A DNA stretch of 64,000 bases from contig CM022668.1 in NCBI GenBank assembly GCA_012295275.1, forward strand, positions 4,464,001-4,528,000, in the 5' to 3' direction. The notes below the pieces were generated by a model. That model was not told the origin of the DNA and made no database searches. It saw only the letters and a program-made list of their open reading frames with translations. Origin of the DNA: Chrysomallon squamiferum. Taxonomy: Eukaryota > Animalia > Mollusca. Positions 49,120 to 64,000 of this stretch are shown here, in pieces. The translations under genes were made by a program, and so were the position numbers. Within the stretch, counting starts at the first letter, position 1. The number at the start of each line of letters is the position of its first letter.

Positions 49120-51308
49120 AGTTACTGAGTCTTGTTTTAACTTCTTTCTACGAATTCATTATCGAGTGACTGACTCTGAGAAAAGTGGAGCCGTTTATAA
49201 ATGTTACTGAAACGTGCGAACGTGCGAACGTGGCGCGGAAAAATACATATAATTTAAAAAAAAAAAAAAAAATTAAAGGTCACCTATTTATTGACCATTT
49301 TTCAAGGACTTCAGATAAACCGTCCAGTATATTTTAATTTAAATACATCAGCTGTTACGTGTAATAAACATATTTTCTTTTTTCTGCCTGATTCCGTTTT
49401 TGCACTTAGTACAAAAGAAACTGGTTTCTCTCTTTTATTTGGAAATGGGCCAAAGAAGTTTTCCTCTTTCTTTATTTATTTATTCATTTGTTCGTTAACT
49501 TTTTTCTGTTTTCTTTTTGTTTTGTTTTGTTTTTTGTTTTATTACATTTGATTTCTGTATATAATTTGTTTTCTTATTGTTTGGACTTTCATATATTGCT
49601 TTAATTCTATCGATAAACATATTATTATTATCATGATTATTATTATTATCATTATTATTATTGTTATTGTTATTATTATTATTATTGTTATAAGAAACAA
49701 TATTAATAATGGTATTAGTGTTGTTATTAATGACATTATTATTGTCGTTATTAGTACTGTTGTTGTTCCTGTTACTATAACATGTGTTAATGATTATTTT
49801 AAATAAATATTATTAGTGTAATCTGTCATGACTCTCACGTGACTAGGTGAAACGTCACTGATATGACGTTGAAAAGAAAATAGGTCGTTAGAATGATTAC
49901 AAAATTTGGGATACTAACTTTTCAACGTCATTTCAAACGCATCACTTTTCACCCTGTCACGTGACAGTCGCGATAGGTTATGGAAACAATATTAAGTTGC
50001 AGTATATCGTTCTCTCTCCAATTTTATTTTATTATTATATTTTTGTCTCATTCTTCTAACAGTGTAACCTACTAACACTGATTTGTTTCTTCATGCCTTA
50101 AATCCAAGTCAGAATTTCTCGAAAAATCAACATGGTTATTAATATTTATGATTTTTATAAAATCGCCAACAGCTCAGTACTGTTTTTTACTGATTTTTTT
50201 GATATACTCGTATCTCTCTGATTCATTAAAAAAAAAAAAAAAACCCTCAAATATTTAGCCACCTAAGTACTGTTTATCGAAGTACACTAATAAATCACGT
50301 GATAACCTTCACTTCGACCACAGAGAGTAAGGTCACGTGGATTGCGTCACGTGTAACCTTCAGATAGCTGTGTCAGTTCTTCCCGGTAAATCATGTGATA
50401 GCTTGTCTGTTCATCTCTCTGTTCTAAAGTTAATAAAATATCTATCAACTGATCTGAGACCCATGCTGCTAAAGCAAAATTAATTTTAATTGACAGATGT
50501 TAAGATCTCTTGCTTTTATGATGGTCATTGTGATAGTTTGTGACCGAATCATTTTTATTATTATTAATATTATTAGTATTGTTGTTGTTCTTGTTGTTCT
50601 TGTTTCTTTGTTGTTATAACGCATGTTGATCTCGATGATGATGGTGACGATACTGGTGTGGGTATTATTAATGAAATATATCACAACTATCACGTGACCT
50701 GTATTAGGTCATTGATACCCCAAATTACATTGACACGCAAGAAGTGAGTGAGTTTTACTTCAGAATCTCCATCGTATATTATTCCATTATACCAGAACTT
50801 ATTTAAAATTATTATCATCATCATCGTTATTATTCTTATTATCATCATCATCATTAATATTATTATCATCATCTTCATTATTATTATTCTTATTATCATC
50901 ATCATAATCATCATTATTATTACCATTATTATTATTATTATTATTATTACTATTATTATTATCATTATTATTTTTATTATCGTTCCTCTTCTTCTTCTTC
51001 TTCTTATTATTATTATTGTTATTATTATTATTATTATTCAAAACAGTTAGTACGGATGGAATGCCCAAATACCTGAAGATTTTAAATTCGCATTTGAATA
51101 TGTAATAAAATAATAAATTAAATAAAATAAAGTAAAAGTAAAAGAAGCTAAATACAATAATTTGTATTACTGCTACTGCCGCTTATAATACTACACCTTC
51201 TACCACAGGTAATTAAGAGATATAACCCAACGTAACAATATTTCATATTTTTATTTATTATGTATCACTAACACGACTGTCTGTCGGGCGTTCATTCAGG
51301 TTTCTGTT

Positions 51309-56504
<5,196 letters not shown>

Positions 56505-58036
56505 AGTTACTGAGTCTTGTTTTAACTTCTTTCTACGAATTCCTTATCGAGTGACTGACTCTGAGAAAAGTGGAGCCGTTTATAAATGTTACTGAAACGT
56601 GCGAACGTGCGAACGTGGCGCGGAAAAATACATATAATTAAAAAAAAAAAAAAAAAATAAATAAAGGTCACCTATTTATTGACCATTTTTCAAGCACTTG
56701 AAATAAACCGTCCAGTATATTTTAATTTAAATACATCAGCTGTTACCTGTAATAAACATATTTTCTTTTTCCCTGCCCGATTCCCTTTTTGCACCTACCA
56801 CAAAAGAAAATGATTTCTCTGTTTTATTTGGAAATGGGCCAAAGAAGTTTTCCTCTTTCTTTATTTATTTACTCCTTTGTTCGTTAACTTTTTTCTGTTT
56901 TCTTTTTGTTTTGTTTTGTTTTTTGTTTTATTACATTTGATTTCTGTATATAATTTGTTTTCTTATTGTTTGGACTTTCATATATTGCTTTAATTCTATC
57001 GATAAACATATTATTACTATCATGATTATTATTATTATCTTCATGATTATTATTATTATTGTTATTATTATTATTATTGTTATAAGAAACAATATTAATA
57101 ATGGTATTAGTGTTGTTATTAATGACATTATTATTGTCGTTATTAGTACTGTTGTTGTTCCTGTTACTATAACATGTGTTAATGATTATTTTAAATAAAT
57201 ATTATTAGTGTAATCTGTCATGACTCTCACGTGACTAGGTGAAACGTCACTGATATGACGTTGAAAAGAAAATAGGTCGTTAGAATGATTACAAAATTTG
57301 GGATACTAACTTTTCAACGTCATTTCAAACGCATCACGTTTCACCCTGTCACGTGACAGTCGCGATAGGTTATAGAATCAATATTAAGTTGCAGTATATC
57401 GTTCTCTCTCCATTTTTCTTTTATTTTTATATTTCTGTCTCATTCTTCACCTTCTGTCACCTTCAGATTTCTCGGTCAGTACTTCCCGGTACATCATGTG
57501 ACAGGTCGTCTGTCCATCTCTCTGTTTTTAAGTTAACAAAATATCTATCAACTGATCTGAGACCCGTGCTGCTAGCACAAAATTAATTTTAGTTGACAGA
57601 TGTTACGATTTCTTCCTTTTATGATGGTCAGTGTGACAGCTTGTGACCAAATTATAATTATTAATATTATTATTGTTATTGTTGTTGTTGTTGTTTTGTT
57701 CTTATAACGCATGTTGATCTCGATGGTTATGGTGACGATACTGGTGTGGGTATTATTAATGAAATATATCACAACTATCACGTGACCTGTATAAGGTCAT
57801 TGATACCCCTAATTACAATGACACACCACAAGTGATTGGACTTTACTTCAGAATCTCCATCGTATATTATTCCATTATACCAGAACTTATTTAAAATTAT
57901 TATTATCACCATCATCACCATTTTTATTATTATTATCATCATCATTATTAATATTATTATAATAATCATCATCATTATTATTATTCTTATCATCATCATC
58001 ATTATTATCATTATTATTATCATGATCATAATCATC

Positions 58037-58086
<50 letters not shown>

Positions 58087-58280
58087 CATCATCATGAACA
58101 TCATCATCACTCTAAACATTTAGTGTTGGTGGAATGGCCAAATACATGAAGTGCTCATTTGAATATGTAATAAAATAATAAATAAAATTAAAAAAATAGA
58201 AGTAAAAGAAACTAAATATAGTAATTTGTACTGCTACTGCTAGCACTTGTAATACTAGAGCTCATACTACAGGTACTACA

Positions 58281-58311
<31 letters not shown>

Positions 58312-58613
58312 TTCGGTCATGTACTATCGTATTTACCATACTAAAAAGAAGAAAACTTAACATCTGTCAACTGAAATTAATTTTTCGCTAGCAGCATGGT
58401 TCTTAGATGTGTATCTAAAATAATAAATAAAATTTAAAAAAGTAAAAGAAACTAAATATAATAATTTGTATTACTACTACTACAGCTTATAATACTATAC
58501 CTACTACCAAAGGTAATTAAGAGATATAACCCAAAGTAAAAATATTTTCATAATTTTATTCATTTCGTATCATTGACATGACTGCTTGTCGGGCTTTCCT
58601 CCAGATTTCTCTT

Positions 58614-58912
58614 CTAACCCATGTCTGGAAGGAAACAAAACAGACAGTGCAATTAGAAAAACGACTGGAACAGATGTTTGTTTTTAAGTTCAATCACACA
58701 AAGGCGAGAAGACTAAACATTATTTTCACCAGCATCTTTTCTGTTCTGAAAGATAAAAACAATTTTGTAACGTACAAATATTTCATATTACACATGCCAG
58801 GTATTGCTTTTCAGGAAAGGAAACATCTCGAAAAATTTACATTATTTTCCTTTAGAAAAAGATCAGATTAGAAATAACTTTTAAAGTATAACTGTTTTAT
58901 TTCGTTTTCTTT

Positions 58913-58944
<32 letters not shown>

Positions 58945-59141
58945 TTTGTTTGTTTGTTTGTTTCTTTGTTTATCTATTATTATTATTATTATTATTATTA
59001 TAAACAAAAAATAAATGACTTACTTTTGACTGCAGCTTTCTGCCGATCCCTCATGTCCCCACCCCCAGTGTTCAAGGTGTGACTGTGCTACACTGAGTAA
59101 TATGTTACAACCAACACGCAAATAATCAGAGAAGATTTCAT
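58614..59141 (-). pseudogene. Copy J, pseudogene
   Basis: Exon 1 59141-59024 is 2 nt longer than in D/E, giving a frameshift (MKSSLIICVLVVTYYSV*). Exon 2 starts at 58745 (TEKMLVKI) but is fused at ~58722 to last-intron sequence. Last exon 58624-58614 (MG*) remains; stalk and head are deleted. Confidence 0.85.
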
Positions 59142-59604
59142 TCTCAGTCTCTTCTACTTTTTGAACGATGTGTATACTGTAAATGTGAAACTAATAAATG
59201 TTTGTTTCTTTTGTCAACGTGTACAATGGAAAATTACACTTTTAATTAACTTTTCTGTTCTGCTTAGTAGCTGCATGTGCGATTTTGTAATTTCATTGAA
59301 ATCTGATAAAACAATAATTATTAATTCTTCTCAGTTTATATTTAGCCACCCATCGTTTTTCTCTTCCTTGTCTTGTGTTCACCTTCACTCTTACTGAACT
59401 GGCCTGTTCTGTTTAATGAATGCATCTGTGATTTTCTAATTTCATTGAAATCTGATAAGACAACAATTATTAATTGTTCTCAGTTTATATTCAGCCATCT
59501 ATCGTTTTTGTCTTGATTGTCTTGTGCGGGATATAACAGAGTAAACAACTGAAGAAAATCGATTTTCAAGCGATACGCATAAAACATTTCGAATACTCAA
59601 CCAT

Positions 59605-59639
<35 letters not shown>

Positions 59640-59671
59640 TTTTTGCTTGGTTCTGTTTTGGTGTTGTTATG

Positions 59672-59722
<51 letters not shown>

Positions 59723-59814
59723 TGCACCACTCTTGTTGCTCTTGTTCTTTTTCTGGTTAATGTCATTTTGTTTGTTTATGGATAAGTTGAGGATCAAAAA
59801 GTAAAAGACAATAT

Positions 59815-60655
59815 TGAAACCCGAGTGATGTACTTCAAATTATAGTGAAACCATAGTGATATATTCAACTTATGTTGAAACCTTAGTGAAATACATCAAC
59901 TTATCTTGAAACCATGGTGATATACTTCAAATTATAGTGAAACCATAGTGATATATTCAACTTATGTTGAAACCTTAGTGAAATACATCAACTTATCTTG
60001 AAACCATGGTGATATATTCAACTTATCTTGAAACCCTAGTGATATACTTCAAATTATAGTGAAACCATAGTGATATATTCAACTTATGTTGAAACCTTAG
60101 TGAAATACATCAACTTATCTTGAAACCATGGTGATATATTCAACTTATCTTGAAACCCTAGTGATATACTTCAAATTATAGTGAAACCATAGTGATATAT
60201 TCAACTTATGTTGAAACCTTAGTGAAATACATCAACTTATCTTGAAACCATGGTGATATATTCAACTTATCTTGAAACCCTAGTGATATACTTCAAATTA
60301 TAGTGAAACCATAGTGATATATTCAACTTATGTTGAAACCTTAGTGAAATACATCAACTTATCTTGAAACCATGGTGATATATTCAACTTATCTTAAAAC
60401 CATAGTGATATACTTCAAATTATAGTGAAACCATAGTGATATATTCAACTTATGTTGAAACCTTAGTGAAATACATCAACTTATCTTGAAACCATGGTGA
60501 TATATTCAACTTATCTTGAAACCCTAGTGATATACTTCAAATTATAGTGAAACCATAGTGATATATTCAACTTATGTTGAAACCTTAGTGAAATACATCA
60601 ACTTATCTTGAAACCATGGTGATATACCCCAAGTTATCTTGAAACCCTAGTGAAA
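59815..60655. repeat. 30/31-bp minisatellite with a 122-bp four-monomer higher-order repeat
   Basis: gaaaccatag recurs at 60061, 60183, 60305, 60427 and 60549 (period 122). Confidence 0.95.
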
Positions 60656-61195
60656 AATCTAGTCCAAGCTTAGAAACTCGCATCCTGTAAGACCCTGTAA
60701 GATTTCAGTTTAGTTATCACACAATGTTATTATCTGATAATGTTCAAGAAATTGGGTCTATAAAGATTTCAATAGTTTAGGGCATCGCCGTGCTTGTAAC
60801 CCACATTAACTGTTTTCTCTGTTCTCTAAATCCAGTTTGAAAGTAATTTCCTAAAATATACTGCGTGTTATTTTCTATATATAAATGTCAAAATAAATCA
60901 TTTTAAGACTACTCTAACTTTCAATAGTTTCTTCGTGTTATGGAAAAATGGAAAAAAGATAAATAAAAAAACAACATAAGAAAAGCCATGATACACAATG
61001 TAATACTGTTATATACTGGAAATACTTAGGATGATGATAATCATGAAAAACGTCACACCTACTGAAATATTGCCAGACTTTTCCGAACTAACACAACCAG
61101 TTCTATCCCAGTATCAATAGGACGAATCAACACAGAAGAAAGGTAATATTTCAACCATTTATTTATTTATTTATTTTTATTTGGTTCTGTATTGG

Positions 61196-61253
<58 letters not shown>

Positions 61254-61769
61254 ATTATTAATATTATTACATTTACATCAGTGTTGTTGTTGTTGTTCTT
61301 TTTCTGGTTAATGTCATTTTATTTGTTTATGGATAAATTGAGGATCGAAACGTAAAAGACAGTATAATATTTAAAATAAAGAGATACACTAAAATGCTTG
61401 TCTTGAAATTAACAATTCAGGAAAGTACCACTGAGAATATGACAGATGTTTTATGAGAAACCCTGATCCAGCCTATATTAGAGTAGAAAATTGTTGAACA
61501 AATTCAATATGAATTTATATGATCATGTAGTTTTTAATAAAGTATCACTAAAAGTGCACTATCCAGACCCTCAAACGTCAGACTGTCTTCCAGATTACCA
61601 TAATGTGGACTTTTATTTGGTAAAACTGAAAAATTGGTTTATTAGTGACGTTTTATCATATCAAACATGGATTGAAACTATACCTGAACTATGTCATAAT
61701 GAAGTATCTTAGCTAAACGTTGATACAGAAAAATTAGAATGATAGTGTTCAAACTCTGTAGAAAACCAA

Positions 61770-62145
61770 GTGATATACTATGAACGACATTGAAATCCTA
61801 GTGATATACTTCAGCTTATTTTGAAATCTGATGTTACACTTCAAGTTATATTGCAGTCTTAGCGATATATCTCCACTTACGTTGAAACCCTAGTGATATA
61901 CTTCAGCTTATACTGAAATACGAGTGATGTATCTCAGCTTATGTTGAATCCTATTGATATACCCCAAGTTATCTCGAAACCCTAGGGATATAACTTAACT
62001 TATAGTGAAATCATGTGGTATACTCAACTTATTTTGAAACCTTAGTGATATACCTCAACTTATACTGAAACCATGGTGATATACTGAACTTATGTTGAAG
62101 CCTTAGTAATATACCTCAACTTATAATGAATACCTTGTGATATAT
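61770..62145. repeat. Degenerate 30/31-bp minisatellite within a partial copy of the D/E upstream unit
   Basis: Collinear with 25900-26200. Confidence 0.85.
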
Positions 62146-62334
62146 TCCTGTTAATATGAAGCATTGTTAGTATCAGTGGTTAATGTAAACAATGTATTTA
62201 TTTGTTAGTGTATAACTGAACGTACAAGATCCTTCAAACTTTATATCATAAGCCAGTGTTTTAATATTCCAATGTATTTACATGCATAAAATGTATAAAT
62301 TTGAAGATAATTGTTCTTCCACTTTAATAAATGT

Positions 62335-62720
62335 ACATTATTCATATGGCTGAATTTAAGTATGAGCTCAAAAATCTACTCCAAGCTTAGAAACTGGCAT
62401 CCTGTAAGAGCCTGTAAGATTTCAGTTTAGTTATCACACAATTTTATTCTCTGTTAATGCTCAAGAAATTGGGTCTATAAAGATTTCAATAGTTTAGAGT
62501 ATCGCCGTGTTTATAACAGAGAAAACAGTTAGTCTGAGTTATAAACACGGCGATGCCCTAAACTATTGAAATCTTTATAGACCCAATTTCTTGAGCATTA
62601 ACAGATAATAAAATTGTGTGATAACTAAACTGAAATCTTACAGGCTCTTACAGGATGCGAGTTTGTAAGCTTGGAGTAGATTTTTCAGCTCATACTTAAA
62701 TCCAGACATTTGAATAATGT
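62335..62720. repeat. Long inverted repeat (fold-back), ~180-bp arms with a ~22-bp spacer
   Basis: 62335-62517 is the near-exact reverse complement of ~62540-62720. Confidence 0.93.
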
Positions 62721-62984
62721 GTAATAAACGTATTTTCTTTATCCATGTCTGGTTCCCTTTCTTGCACTTAGCACAAATGAAAATGGTTTCTCTGTTTCAT
62801 TTGGAAATGGGCGGGAGATGTTTTTCTTTCTTTCTGTGCTAATTTACTCTTTTGTTCGTTCAATTATTTCTTCTTTTTTTTAAACATTTGATTTTGCTAT
62901 ATTAAATTTTTCTTATCATGTGGACTTTCATATATTGCTTTAATTTTATCGATAGATACACTCACACACATGTATGTGTATACA

Positions 62985-63176
62985 TATATATATTGTGTGT
63001 GTGTTTGTTTGTACATGTATATGTTGTACATGTGTGTATTGTATGTATGTACGTATGTGTAATGTCTGCACTGTAGAAGATTCTTACAAACAAATTCTTG
63101 ATTTCGATGGGTAATGTTTGAAGGTTTTAATTGTTCTTTCTTTTCCCGTTCTAATGTTACTCATATCCCGGAGATT

Positions 63177-63208
<32 letters not shown>

Positions 63209-63209
63209 C

Positions 63210-63248
<39 letters not shown>

Positions 63249-63517
63249 CAATTTATTTTGTCCTAGTCTTTTAATGGCCTATTACTCTTTTGTTGATGTA
63301 CACGATGTAAAAGTGCCAATACAAGTAAGTATTTGTTTAAAATAATAAATAAATGTATTCACTCATCTAAGACCCATGCTACTAGCGAAAAATTAATTTT
63401 AGTTCACAGATTCTTTTGTTTTTGACATACTTATGTCGTCACTTTTATTGTATGTGATCGAGCTTTTATTATTATTTTGTTATTGTTGTCGTTGCAGTTA
63501 TTATTATTATTATTATG

Positions 63518-63556
<39 letters not shown>

Positions 63557-64000
63557 AGAAACAATATTAATAATGGTATTAGTGTCATTATTATTGATAT
63601 TATTATTGTTGATATTATAATGTGTGATAATTGTTTCACCTTCAGATTTCTCTGTCAGTTCTTCCCAGTACACCATGTGACAGCGCGTCTGTTCATCGCT
63701 CTGTTTTTAAATTAATAAAATTTCTATCCACTGACCTAAGACCCATGCTGCTAGCACAAAATTACTTTTATTGACAGATGTTACGATTTCTTCTTTTTAG
63801 TATGATAAATGTGATAGTATGTAACTGAATTGTTATTATTATTGTTGTTGTTGTTGTAACGGATTTTGATTTCGGTGACGATGGTCACGATATTGGTATA
63901 GATATTATTAATGAAATATATCACAACTACTACATGACCTGTTATAATGACACTAATATGCCTTGAAACAAGAACACGACAACCACAAATAACACTAACA
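62985..64000. repeat. Direct copy of the ~35545-36480 intergenic block
   Basis: Shared sequence, e.g. aatgtctgcactgtagaagattcttacaaac; twin spurious ORFs MVYWEELTEK at 35950-36165 and 63431-63676. Confidence 0.88.

Noticed and set aside
59815-60655. CRISPR-like appearance of ~30-bp periodic repeats
   Set aside because: Monomers are contiguous with no unique spacers, the context is eukaryotic and there are no cas genes; it is a minisatellite.

Overview
AT-rich, microsatellite-dense animal genomic DNA (probably a mollusc or other lophotrochozoan; inference from composition and gene content) with a 200-N scaffold gap at 20023-20222. Almost all ORFs in the supplied track are simple-repeat artefacts, and the real genes are spliced. 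By reading GT-AG sites by eye I reconstruct two things. First, the 5' part of a secreted fibrinogen-related (FReD) gene on the minus strand (73-2925). Second, a cluster of ten copies (labelled A-J) of a small secreted protein family I do not recognise. Six copies look intact (B, D, E, G, H, I), one is cut by the gap (C) and three are damaged or truncated (A, F, J). The shared architecture is: signal peptide + His/Trp-rich N-terminus (exon 1); a Cys-capped three-heptad coiled coil (65-nt exon 2); a Pro/Thr stalk built from 2-8 symmetric phase-1 micro-exons of 3, 9, 12 or 15 nt; a hypervariable acidic six-Cys head, C-x9-C-x5-C-x11/12-C-x6-CC (beta-defensin-like spacing); and a tiny last exon that often ends in Gly-stop. 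The cluster shows tandem and inverted duplication, head/tail swapping, micro-exon gain and loss at (GA)n tracts, a 30/31-bp satellite with higher-order structure and a fold-back palindrome. All gene models are sequence-only predictions with no transcript support.
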